NCBI GenBank assembly: GCA_963705205.1
Contig: CAVPJG010000008.1
Span: 72 to 64,071 of the forward strand
Reading direction: 5' to 3'
DNA length: 64,000 bases
From: an uncultured Thermoleophilia bacterium
GTDB taxonomy: Bacteria > Actinomycetota > Thermoleophilia > UBA2241
Shown here: one piece after another, positions 9,526 to 18,280 of the stretch
Position numbering within the stretch: the first letter of the stretch is position 1
How the letters are laid out: the number at the start of each line of letters is the position of its first letter
The notes under the pieces: generated by a model
What the model was told of the DNA's origin: nothing
What the model saw: the letters and a program-made list of their open reading frames with translations, nothing else
The model's database searches: none
Program-made: the position numbers and the translations under genes

Positions 9526-10410
9526 ATGAGCACGGACGACAGCACCAGCATCGACGTCGGTTCCTGGTTCACCACGCTCGCCCGCAACTGGTGGGTGATC
9601 GTGGGGCTCGTCGTGCTCGGCATCATCGTCGGCGCGGTCGTCACCCTGGCACAACCCAAGGAGTACACGGCCACCGCCTCCGTGTTCATCGGGCAGACCA
9701 CCGACGCCCAGGGCAACCCCATGGCAGGCCTCAGCTCCAACGCCAAGGCCGCCGTGCAGCTGCTCGCCAGTCAGGCCGTGCTCAATGAAGCCGCCGATCG
9801 CGCCGGCATGGACATCTCCGCGAGCCGGCTGCGCAGAGAGACCACCGTCGAGACGCCGTCATCGACCGTCAAGACCACCACCTCCGTCGTCAACATCGTC
9901 GTCATCACGGTCACCGACACCGATCCCGAGCGCGCGGCGGCCGCCGCCAATGCGCTCGCGGATGTACTTCTCGAGCGCATCGACAGCGGCGTCGGCGAGA
10001 AGATCGCGGTGCTGGAAGAGCAGTTGGCCGCGGACAAGAAGTCCTACGAGGAGTCCCTGGCCCGCAGCGCCGCGGCGCAGAAGTCGATCGCCGACATCGC
10101 CGCGGGCGGCGGTTCCGCGAGCGAGAAGGCCGCGGCGTCGGTGGCCTACGCGGCGATCGTCCAGGCCGCCGCCACGCAGCAGGAGTCGCTGACCAGGGCC
10201 ATCCAGGACAGGGAGTTGCTCCTGCTCTCCGCGCAGAAGAACGAGCAGCCGCGGATGCTGCACGAGGCGGCGGTCCCCGACGAGCCGAGCGGGCCCAGCA
10301 TGACGGTGAACGTCGCCGTCGGCGCGCTCGCCGGACTGGTGATCGGGGTCATCGTCGCCTTCGCGCGCCGCGGGCTCGCGGAGCGGCGCGCCGCCCGCGT
10401 CGCGGCCTGA
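9526..10410 (+). CDS. Wzz-like polysaccharide chain-length determinant (no kinase domain)
   Basis: GGAGGAGGA lies 5 nt before ATG 9526. N-terminal TM WWVIVGLVVLGIIVGAVV, Ala/Glu-rich coiled middle region, C-terminal TM VAVGALAGLVIGVIVAF. Confidence 0.7.
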   Translation: MSTDDSTSIDVGSWFTTLARNWWVIVGLVVLGIIVGAVVTLAQPKEYTATASVFIGQTTDAQGNPMAGLSSNAKAAVQLLASQAVLNEAADRAGMDISASRLRRETTVETPSSTVKTTTSVVNIVVITVTDTDPERAAAAANALADVLLERIDSGVGEKIAVLEEQLAADKKSYEESLARSAAAQKSIADIAAGGGSASEKAAASVAYAAIVQAAATQQESLTRAIQDRELLLLSAQKNEQPRMLHEAAVPDEPSGPSMTVNVAVGALAGLVIGVIVAFARRGLAERRAARVAA

Positions 10411-10494
10411 CCGCCCGCGCGTCTCAGGCCCCCCGCGTCCATGGGCGCCGCCCGCGCGGCCGAGCCCCGGCCGGGATGACGGCGGAGCAGTCCG

Positions 10495-11367
10495 TCAGCG
10501 GTCGTACACGTCCGGGCGTCGATGGCTGAGTGACGGCACCTGCCGGCGCACCGCGTCGAGCCGGGCGAGGTCCAGATCGGCGACGCAGAGGCCGACGCCG
10601 TCGGCGAGCCGCGCCAGCACCTCGCCCCACGGGTCGACGATCATGCTGCGGCCGAAGCAGTCGCGGCCCGGCAGATGCTCGCCCACCTGGTCCGGGGCGA
10701 CGACGAAGCAGCCGTTCTCGATGGCCCGGGCGCGCAGCAGCACCTCCCAGTGCGCCGCTCCGGTGTACGCTGTGAACGCCGCCGGCACGCAGAGGATGCG
10801 CGCGCCGCGCAGAGCGAGAGAGCTGTACAGGCCTGGGAAGCGCAGGTCGTAGCAGATGGAGAGGCCGAGTCTCACCGGAGCGCCGTCGACGGTATCGATG
10901 TCGGCGGTGACCACTTCCCGACCGGGCACGACCTCCTCGGACTCCTGGTACTGGGCGGTCGCGGTAGTGACGTCGAAGAGGTGGATCTTGCGATACGCGG
11001 CGCGAAGGTCTCCGGTCGGGTCGAAGAGGGCGGACACGTTGGAGACGAGGCCGCCGGGCGCAGGCTCGTAGACGGACCCGGCGAGCAGCCAGATGCCGCG
11101 CCGGGCCGCCACCGCCGCGAGGGCGCGGTTGGACGGGCCGTCCGGCGCCTCCGCGGTGGCGACGATGCCCTCTCGGCGGCCCTTGAAGACCCACGTCTCC
11201 GGCAGGGCGACGAGGCGTGCGCCCCGGTCGGCTGCCGCCTCGACCAGATCGACGGCGTTGCGGACGTTGGCGGCGACGTCGTCGCGCGTGTTCATCTGCA
11301 CGCAGGCGACGCGCAGCACGCGGGCGGCCGGCGCGGCAGCGTTCGCGGCGTCCGGCCGGGCGCTCAC
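10495..11367 (-). CDS. carbon-nitrogen hydrolase (nitrilase superfamily, Nit/omega-amidase-like)
   Basis: 290 aa: [22 protein letters not shown] (catalytic Cys block), AFT...HWE. GTG start overlaps the upstream stop (GTGA). Confidence 0.85.
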   Translation of the reverse strand: MSARPDAANAAAPAARVLRVACVQMNTRDDVAANVRNAVDLVEAAADRGARLVALPETWVFKGRREGIVATAEAPDGPSNRALAAVAARRGIWLLAGSVYEPAPGGLVSNVSALFDPTGDLRAAYRKIHLFDVTTATAQYQESEEVVPGREVVTADIDTVDGAPVRLGLSICYDLRFPGLYSSLALRGARILCVPAAFTAYTGAAHWEVLLRARAIENGCFVVAPDQVGEHLPGRDCFGRSMIVDPWGEVLARLADGVGLCVADLDLARLDAVRRQVPSLSHRRPDVYDR

Positions 11368-12320
11368 TCGCAGGCCCCGCCGGAGCAGGCGATGAGCGAC
11401 AGCAGCTCGTAGGCGATGGTCGCCGCCATCGTCGCCGTCAGGTGGCTGCTGTCGAGCTCGGGGACGACCTCGACGACGTCTGCTCCGGCGAGGTCGAGGC
11501 CCCGGCAGCCGCGGATGAGAGCGAGCGCCTGCGCCGAGGTCGGTCCGCCGACCTCGGGTGTACCGACCGCCGGCGCAAAGCCCGGGTCGACGAAGTCGAC
11601 GTCGACGGTGATGAACGCCTTGGCGTCGCCGACGCCGTCGACGGCCGCGACGACCACACCGGTGCCGAGCTGCGCGAGGTCGTCCCAGGGGACCACGGTG
11701 AAGCCGAGCTCCCGCGCCTGCTCGTACTCGTCGGGCGAGTCGAGCCCGCCGCGCATCCCGAGGAGGGCCGAGCGCGACGCGTCGATCACACCCTCCTCGA
11801 GGGCGCGACGGATCACCGTGCTGTGGATGTGCCGCTCGCCGGCGCCCTCGTCGAGGCAGTCCGTGTGCGCGCCGAAGTGCAGCAGGGCGACCGGCCCGTG
11901 CTTCGCGGCGGCGGCGCGGAGCTCGGCCAAGGTGACCGTGTGGTCGCCGCCGATGCCCAGCGGCACCGCGCCGGCGCGGTGCACCTGGCCCAGCGTCTCT
12001 TCCATGGCGGCCAGGCTGCGGTCGGTGAAGCCGCCGGCGACCGCCCGCACGTCGCCCGCGTCGACCACGGAGAGTCGCTCGAACACGGCCACGCGCTGTG
12101 CGGGATTGTACGCCGGGTGGATGGTCAGGGACGCCTCGCGCACCGCGCGGGGGCCGAAACGGGCGCCCGTGCGCACGGCGAGGCCCGTGTCGAACGGGAG
12201 CCCGACCACGGCCACGTCCACGCCGTCGAACTGCGTGACGTGGGGCAGGCGCAGGAACGTGGTGACGCCGGCGATCCGCGGCGTGCGTGCGCCGCCGTCG
12301 GGGCCGTATCCCTTCATCAT
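11364..12320 (-). CDS. agmatinase / ureohydrolase (arginase family)
   Basis: GGAGG precedes ATGATG at 12320. GLPFDTG...GARFGPRAVR, GGDHTV, HFGAHTD, DVDFVDPGFAP, EVVP. These match arginase-family Mn ligand motifs. Confidence 0.85.
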   Translation of the reverse strand: MMKGYGPDGGARTPRIAGVTTFLRLPHVTQFDGVDVAVVGLPFDTGLAVRTGARFGPRAVREASLTIHPAYNPAQRVAVFERLSVVDAGDVRAVAGGFTDRSLAAMEETLGQVHRAGAVPLGIGGDHTVTLAELRAAAAKHGPVALLHFGAHTDCLDEGAGERHIHSTVIRRALEEGVIDASRSALLGMRGGLDSPDEYEQARELGFTVVPWDDLAQLGTGVVVAAVDGVGDAKAFITVDVDFVDPGFAPAVGTPEVGGPTSAQALALIRGCRGLDLAGADVVEVVPELDSSHLTATMAATIAYELLSLIACSGGACE

Positions 12321-12471
12321 CGCCTCCCGCGTCTCGAGTGCCGTCCCCGCAAGTCTACTGTCCGCCGCCGACCCGCGGCAGTGCTGCTCATCCTTTTCCC
12401 CACTTTGCCGATAGGACTCGTGCGCGGGCGAGCGAACACAGTGGCATGCCCGCAGACCGGCAGGAGGCAAG

Positions 12472-14130
12472 GTGCCGGACGAGAGGCTCCGCATACTGGT
12501 GATCGACGACGACGGCGACCTGACCGCTACGGTCGCCGCCGTCCTCACCGCCAACGGCTACGAGGTCCTCACCGCGACCACCGGTGAGCAAGGCCTGGAG
12601 CTCGCCTTCACCGGCAATCCGCACCTGATACTCCTCGACGTCACCATGCCGGGCATGGACGGCCACCAGGTCTGCCGCGAGCTCCAGTTCGGCTACACCA
12701 AGGACATCCCCGTGGTGTTCTTCACCGCCCGCACGGAGCTGGCGCACATGATGGAGGCCAATCGCTCCGGCGCGTCCGCCTACATCACCAAGCCCTTCCG
12801 CCCCGACCACCTGCTCGCCACCATCACCAACGTCCTTCGCGACTCCAGCGTCTACCACGACGACGTCACCGGACTGCCGACGCTGGCCAACGTCCAGCTC
12901 GAGGTCCAGCGGATGCTGTTCGACCACGGGCAGCTCGGGATCATCTACGTGAGCATCGGCGGGGTGCAGGCGCTGGAGCAGCTGCAGGGGTTCGAGGTGG
13001 TCGACCTGGTGTACAGGGTCGTCGGCCAGGGCCTGGAGAACGCCCGCGGCAGCCTGATCCGCGGCGACGACTTCGTCTCCATCTCCAGCCTGGGCGACGC
13101 CTTCCTCATCGTCCTCTCGCCCGCCCGGAAGAACGGCTTCATCAGCGAGGAGGACCTGCTCCTGGTCAAAGAGCGCCTGGAGAAGGACCTGCTGGACCGG
13201 CTGGAGAACGACCTCGAGAGCCGCCTGCTGACCAACGTCGACCTCTTCGTCGGCTGCTCGCGGCTCACGCAGTCGCCCAAGATCCGCTTCAAGCGCGCGC
13301 TGCTCGACGCCATCACGCGCGCGACCCAGTCGATCGAGGTCGAACGCGACGAGATCCGCTCCCGCCTCCGTGCGGAGTTCGACGCGATCGTCGCCGGGCA
13401 GCAGCTGAGCTGCGTGTTCCAGCCGATCGTCAGCCTCAAGGACTTCACGGCGATCGGCTTCGAACTACTGTCCCGCGGTCCTCTCGAGAGCGAGCTCCAC
13501 AGGCCGGACGCGCTGTTCGAAGTCGCGCGCAACGAAGGCCGCGTCACGGAGCTCGACCGGCTGTGCCAGCGCACGGCCTCCAAGGCCGGCGAGGCCCTAC
13601 CGCCGCACAGCCTGCGATTCGTGAACACGGAGCCGCTGACGTGGTTCCTGCACTCACAGAGCGACGGCTTCGTGCAGGAGTTCGTCGAAGCGACGCCTTC
13701 TTCGCACCGCGGCCTCACCGTCATCGAGATCACCGAGAACAGCGTGATCGACGACTTCGACCAGATGCGCGAGATCGTGCGCCAGCTGCGCGCGCACGGC
13801 TTCCGCGTCGCCATCGACGACGCCGGCGCCGGCTACGCCGGCCTCCAGACCATGGTCGAGATCGAGCCCGATTTCATCAAGCTCGACATCTCACTGATCC
13901 GGGGCGTCGAGTCCTCCATCGTCAAGCAGCGTCTGGTGCGCACGTTGCGCGACTTCTGTCGCGAGGCCGCGATCACGCTCATCGCCGAGGGCATCGAGAC
14001 GGTCAAGCAGCTCGATGCCCTGCAGGAGCTCGGCGTCTCGCACGGGCAGGGCTTCCTTTTCGGCCTGCCCAGCGCGGACCAGCCCATGCGCGACGCCTAT
14101 CCGCCGCTGGAAGCCGTGACCCCCAAGTGA
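12472..14130 (+). CDS. response regulator: REC + degenerate GGDEF + EAL domain
   Basis: AGGAGG precedes GTG 12472. REC: LVIDDD...LILLDVTMPGMDG...KPF. The GGDEF position reads SLGDAF. EAL-domain blocks: ELLSRG, EITEN, DDAGAGY, KLD, EGIE, QGF. Confidence 0.85.
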   Translation: MPDERLRILVIDDDGDLTATVAAVLTANGYEVLTATTGEQGLELAFTGNPHLILLDVTMPGMDGHQVCRELQFGYTKDIPVVFFTARTELAHMMEANRSGASAYITKPFRPDHLLATITNVLRDSSVYHDDVTGLPTLANVQLEVQRMLFDHGQLGIIYVSIGGVQALEQLQGFEVVDLVYRVVGQGLENARGSLIRGDDFVSISSLGDAFLIVLSPARKNGFISEEDLLLVKERLEKDLLDRLENDLESRLLTNVDLFVGCSRLTQSPKIRFKRALLDAITRATQSIEVERDEIRSRLRAEFDAIVAGQQLSCVFQPIVSLKDFTAIGFELLSRGPLESELHRPDALFEVARNEGRVTELDRLCQRTASKAGEALPPHSLRFVNTEPLTWFLHSQSDGFVQEFVEATPSSHRGLTVIEITENSVIDDFDQMREIVRQLRAHGFRVAIDDAGAGYAGLQTMVEIEPDFIKLDISLIRGVESSIVKQRLVRTLRDFCREAAITLIAEGIETVKQLDALQELGVSHGQGFLFGLPSADQPMRDAYPPLEAVTPK

Positions 14131-14162
14131 GATGTTGGCGGGCGCCGGACCCGTGTGATAGC

Positions 14163-14243
14163 ATGCCGCGCACCATGACGACCCACGACGCCAATCGCAG
14201 CACCTCCTGCGCCAATCGGCGTCGCTGGGCCTGGCGCGCCTAG
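14163..14243 (+). other. candidate leader peptide ORF with two Trp codons (MPRTMTTHDANRSTSCANRRRWAWRA)
   Basis: 26 codons (22 from the second ATG at 14175). TGG codons at 14226 and 14232, stop TAG 14241-14243. Located 150 bp upstream of the TrpB-like gene. No clear SD. Confidence 0.3.
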
Positions 14244-14255
14244 CGCGCCTTTCTC
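14233..14255 (+). terminator. GC hairpin plus T-rich tail overlapping the leader ORF stop (candidate attenuator)
   Basis: GGCGCGC-cta-GCGCGCC (7-bp stem, 14233-14249) followed by TTTCTC. The second Trp codon and the stop codon lie in or next to the stem. Confidence 0.3.
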
Positions 14256-14394
14256 GACACCCGCGCGGGCCCTGCCCGCACTTCCGACCACAACCAGCTG
14301 GTCGTCCCGTCCCCTCACAACGGAGCGCAGGATCAGTGCATCTTCATCCGCAGCCGCAACCCAAGATCGAGCGTCATTCGAGAGGAGGTAGGTC

Positions 14395-15759
14395 ATGAGC
14401 GAGTACAAGAAGAAGTTCGTCCTTGACGAGGAGAGGATCCCCAAGGCCTGGTACAACATCGTGCCCGACCTGCCCGCCCCGCCGCCGCCGCCGCTCAATC
14501 CGGCGACGATGCAGCCGGCCGGTCCCGACGACCTCTCGCCGATCTTCCCCCCGAGCATCATCGCCCAGGAGGTCTCGGCCGAGCGCTACATCGAGATCCC
14601 CGAGGAGATTCACCAGATCTATCGCATCTGGAGGCCGACGCCGCTCATCCGCGCCACCGGTCTCGAGAAGGCGCTGGACACGCCGGCCAAGATCTTCTTC
14701 AAGCACGAAGGCGTCAGCCCGGCCGGCTCGCACAAGAGCAACACCGCCGTCGCGCAGGCGTACTACAACAAGCTCGACGGCACCACGCGCCTCGCCACCG
14801 AGACCGGCGCCGGCCAGTGGGGCAGCGCCCTCAGCATGGCCTGCCAGATGTTCGACCTCGAGTGCATGGTCTACATGGTCAAGGTCAGCTACCACCAGAA
14901 GCCCTACCGGCGCAGCATGATGCAGCTGTGGGGCGGCACCGTGATCCCCAGCCCAAGCGACCAGACCAACGCCGGACGAGCGGTCCTGGCCGAGGACCCG
15001 GAATCGCTGGGCAGCCTCGGCATCGCCATCAGCGAGGCCGTCGAGGACGCGGTGACGCACCCCGGCTCCAAGTACGCCCTCGGCAGTGTGACCAACCACG
15101 TGCTGCTGCACCAGACCATCATCGGTGAAGAGGCCATCCTGCAGGCGCAGGATGCCGACGCCTACCCGGACGTCGTCGTGGGCTGCGTCGGCGGCGGCTC
15201 CAGCTTCGGCGGCCTCGCCTTCCCCTTCTTGCGCGAGAACCTCGCCGGGAAGACGAACACGCGCCTGGTCGCCGTGGAGCCCACCGCCTGTCCGTCTCTC
15301 ACCAAGGGCCAGTTCCGTTACGACTTCGGCGACGAGGCCCAGACCACGCCGCTGTTCAAGATGTACACCCTGGGCCACGACTACATGCCGCCCGGTATCC
15401 ACGCCGGCGGACTGCGCTATCACGGCATGGCCCCGCTGCTCAGCCACGTGTACGACCTTGGGTTGCTCGAGGCCGTGTCGGTCGCGCAGACCAAGGTCTT
15501 CGAGGCCGCACAGCTCTTCGTGAAGACCGAGGCCATCGTCCCGGCGCCCGAGAGCGCGCACGCGATCCTGGCCGCGGTCAACGAGGCGCTGAAGGCCAAG
15601 GAAGAGGGCGTCAGCCGCAACATCCTCTTCAACCTCACCGGCCACGGCCTGCTCGACCTGGGCTCCTACGACAGGTATCTGAGCGGCGAGCTCGAGGACT
15701 ACGACCATCCCGAAGAGGCGATCGCCGCGTCGATCGCGAAGCTCCCCAAGGTCGACTGA
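14395..15759 (+). CDS. TrpB-like PLP enzyme (tryptophan synthase beta, TrpB2 type)
   Basis: GAGGAGG precedes ATG 14395. 454 aa: [17 protein letters not shown] (PLP Lys block), [20 protein letters not shown], long N-terminal extension typical of TrpB2. Confidence 0.9.
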   Translation: MSEYKKKFVLDEERIPKAWYNIVPDLPAPPPPPLNPATMQPAGPDDLSPIFPPSIIAQEVSAERYIEIPEEIHQIYRIWRPTPLIRATGLEKALDTPAKIFFKHEGVSPAGSHKSNTAVAQAYYNKLDGTTRLATETGAGQWGSALSMACQMFDLECMVYMVKVSYHQKPYRRSMMQLWGGTVIPSPSDQTNAGRAVLAEDPESLGSLGIAISEAVEDAVTHPGSKYALGSVTNHVLLHQTIIGEEAILQAQDADAYPDVVVGCVGGGSSFGGLAFPFLRENLAGKTNTRLVAVEPTACPSLTKGQFRYDFGDEAQTTPLFKMYTLGHDYMPPGIHAGGLRYHGMAPLLSHVYDLGLLEAVSVAQTKVFEAAQLFVKTEAIVPAPESAHAILAAVNEALKAKEEGVSRNILFNLTGHGLLDLGSYDRYLSGELEDYDHPEEAIAASIAKLPKVD

Positions 15760-15845
15760 CCTCGGGCGGAGCGTCGCCCCGCCCCTCCGCGGGGGTGGAG
15801 CGTCGCCGCCCACCCCCGCGCGAGGGGGCGAGGTCATCAGTCAAG

Positions 15846-15885
15846 GCTGGGCCCTTGATCTCTTCCGGGAGATCAAGGGCCCAGC
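15846..15885. terminator. perfect 17-bp-stem palindrome between convergent genes
   Basis: GCTGGGCCCTTGATCTC-ttccgg-GAGATCAAGGGCCCAGC. Lies between the trpB2-like gene (ends 15759) and the HAD gene (ends 16032). Confidence 0.5.
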
Positions 15886-16031
15886 ATGCGTACGCCACGT
15901 CCCGAGCGGTGCTGAGACCCCTCGGGTGACGCGCCTTCGCCGACGGCGGCTCTCGCCCGTTGGCGGCTCTTCTCGGCGGCGCCGCGCCACGTTGAGCAGC
16001 GCACCCGCGGTCGCGAGCGACGGGGACCGCG

Positions 16032-16796
16032 TCAGAGCAGCGGCATGACCTGGGCGCGCAGTGTCTCGGGGAGCCGCGCCCAGCTCGCCACCACGACGTC
16101 CGCCAGGTGACCGAGCACGTGCGGCGGTTCCCCGACGGCGACCCTCACCGCGGCGGCCGCGAGCAGTGACTCGTCCGCCGTCCCGTCGCCGCATGCGACC
16201 GTCCGCTCCTCCGGCACGCCGAGCCGCGTGGCAACGAACCGCAGGGCGTCGCCCTTGTCCACGGCGGGCGCGGAGACCCCAACGAAGCCGGGCCGGATGG
16301 GCTCGACCCGAAGCCGGCCGGCCCACTCCGCACGCAGTGCGTCGAGCAGCCGCGCGACAGTGCCGGGCTCCCCGTGGAGGACGAGCCGACTGACCGCGTC
16401 CCCCGGGGCGTCACCCCCGGTGTCCGGCTCGAGCTCGCGCGGCTCGTCCACGTCCCAGACGGTCACGGCCACCCCCGCCGCCAGCGCCTGTGCCGCGATC
16501 TCACCCGCGTCGCGGGGCGGGAGAGGCAGGTGCCGCAGGACCCGACCCGACGCCTCAGCGACCAGAGCCCCGTGGTAGCAGGCGTAGATGAGAGCCTCCA
16601 CGCCGAGTGCGCCGACGGCGCGTCGGGCGGCCCGCAGCGGGCGCCCGGTGCAGACGGCGAAGAGGACTCCCCCGGCGATCAGCTCGGCGATCGCCTCGCC
16701 TGCGCCCGGGACGGGCACGGCGTCGTGGTCGAGCAGGGTCCCGTCCAGGTCGCACGCGAGCAGGACGGGACCACGCGAAAGACTTGTCGGCGTCAT
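16032..16796 (-). CDS. HAD-superfamily hydrolase, Cof-like (IIB)
   Basis: 254 aa: LLACDLDGTLL, CTGRP, GDGTADESLL. Confidence 0.8.
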   Translation of the reverse strand: MTPTSLSRGPVLLACDLDGTLLDHDAVPVPGAGEAIAELIAGGVLFAVCTGRPLRAARRAVGALGVEALIYACYHGALVAEASGRVLRHLPLPPRDAGEIAAQALAAGVAVTVWDVDEPRELEPDTGGDAPGDAVSRLVLHGEPGTVARLLDALRAEWAGRLRVEPIRPGFVGVSAPAVDKGDALRFVATRLGVPEERTVACGDGTADESLLAAAAVRVAVGEPPHVLGHLADVVVASWARLPETLRAQVMPLL

Positions 16797-16804
16797 AGCG
16801 TGCC

Positions 16805-18280
16805 TCAGACGCGTCCGGCGGCCGGCAGCAGCACGGTGAACCGGGCGCCGCCGCCCGGCCTCTCGTCGGCGGCGATCGAGCCGCCCTGTGCCTCGACCAA
16901 CCCGCGGCAGATGGCGAGGCCGAGGCCGGCTCCCGACGTGCCGCGCGTCTCCTGTGCGCGGTAGAACCGGTCGAAGACGAACGGCAGATCGACCGCAGCC
17001 ACGCCCGGACCGTCGTCGGTGACCGTGAGGCGCACGGACCGGCCGGCAGGCCCCGCCAGGGCGCCACCGGCCTGGTCGACCGGCAGGTCCACCGTATCCA
17101 CGGCGAGGACCACGTGCCCTCCGGCCGGCGTGAACTTGAGCGCGTTGTCGAGCAGGTTCGCGACCACCTGCAGCAGCCGGTCGCGATCGCCCAGCACGAC
17201 GCCCGGCTGCAGCTCCTCCGTGAGCTCGACGCCCTTGCTGAGGAACGCCGGGCGGAGGCGGTCGGAGGCGCCTGCCGCCAGGTCCGCCAGGTCCACGGGC
17301 TCGTGCTCCACGCTGAGGTCTTCGCTCTCGAGCTCGTTGAGGCTGCGCAGCGCACCGAGCAGCCGGCCGAGGCGCTCGACCTCCTCACCGATCACGCGCA
17401 GGTTCTCCGGCGTGGGAGGCAGGATCCCGTCCTCGAGCGCTTCCACCCGCGACTGGATGGTCGCCAGCGGGGTGCGCAGCTCGTGAGAGAGGTCGCTCGT
17501 CATGTCCCGGCGCCACTGCTCGTCGCGAGCGAGCCGGTCGGCCATGGAGTTGAAGGCCGAGGCCAGCGCCGCGACCTCGTCGTCGCCTCGCGGCGCGACG
17601 CGCACGCCCAGGTTGCCTGCCGAGACGTCTCCGGCGGCATCGGTGAGTTCCTCGAGCGGGCCGGTGATGCGCCGGCTCACGAGCAGGCTCACGAGCAGGG
17701 CGAGCGCGCCGGCGATGGCCGCGGCGATGATGAGGTTGCGCGTGAGGGCGCTCTGATAGGCGTCCTCAGCGGCGGCTCGAGCGCCCTTGGGCGCGTAGAT
17801 CTCGGCGGTGCCCACCTGCTGGCCGGCGACGACGATGGGCGCGCTCCGCACGGTGAGGTCGGCGCTGTTCAGCGGCGTCCCCCGCGGCGACGCGGACGCC
17901 GCCCCACCGGCGCCACCCATCATCCCACCGCCGCCGCCCATCATGCCCTGGCCGCCCATCATGCCGCGTCCCGCGTGCCGGCCCTGGACGGTGAAGATGA
18001 GCCGCCCATCGGTGTCGTAGACCGCCACGTCCACATTGTTGAACAGCGCCACCTGGCTGAGGGCGTAGATGGCAGTGGCGTCCCAGCCGTCGGGCGCCTT
18101 GTAGGTGGATTGAAGCGAGGTGAGGACGGCGGCGTTCCGCTTGCCCTGCACCTGCTCGAGGTAGCTGTCGAAGCGCCGCGAGCCCGCGTACACGACGATC
18201 ACCCCGACCACGACGATGGCGAGCACCGCGATCGCGAGGTGGGTCAGAGCGAGCCGGAAACGTAGGCCGCGCCGCTTCAC
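16805..18280 (-). CDS. sensor histidine kinase with Met/Gly-rich extracytoplasmic insert
   Basis: GTG 18280 overlaps the RR stop (GTGA). Two TMs, HAMP, H-box SHELRTPL, N/G boxes (LLDNALKFTP, DDGPGV, GLGLAI). Sensor loop contains GRGMMGGQGMMGGGGGMMGGAGG. Confidence 0.85.
   Translation of the reverse strand: MKRRGLRFRLALTHLAIAVLAIVVVGVIVVYAGSRRFDSYLEQVQGKRNAAVLTSLQSTYKAPDGWDATAIYALSQVALFNNVDVAVYDTDGRLIFTVQGRHAGRGMMGGQGMMGGGGGMMGGAGGAASASPRGTPLNSADLTVRSAPIVVAGQQVGTAEIYAPKGARAAAEDAYQSALTRNLIIAAAIAGALALLVSLLVSRRITGPLEELTDAAGDVSAGNLGVRVAPRGDDEVAALASAFNSMADRLARDEQWRRDMTSDLSHELRTPLATIQSRVEALEDGILPPTPENLRVIGEEVERLGRLLGALRSLNELESEDLSVEHEPVDLADLAAGASDRLRPAFLSKGVELTEELQPGVVLGDRDRLLQVVANLLDNALKFTPAGGHVVLAVDTVDLPVDQAGGALAGPAGRSVRLTVTDDGPGVAAVDLPFVFDRFYRAQETRGTSGAGLGLAICRGLVEAQGGSIAADERPGGGARFTVLLPAAGRV

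Noticed and set aside
15775-15787. The 13-mer GGAGCGTCGCCCC is shared between the trpB2 3' region and the IS transposase SD region (46554-46566), suggesting an IS-derived remnant
   Set aside because: The similarity does not extend convincingly beyond about 20 nt (CTCG..GGAGCGTCGCCCC). In a sequence this GC-rich I cannot exclude chance without a genome-wide search.
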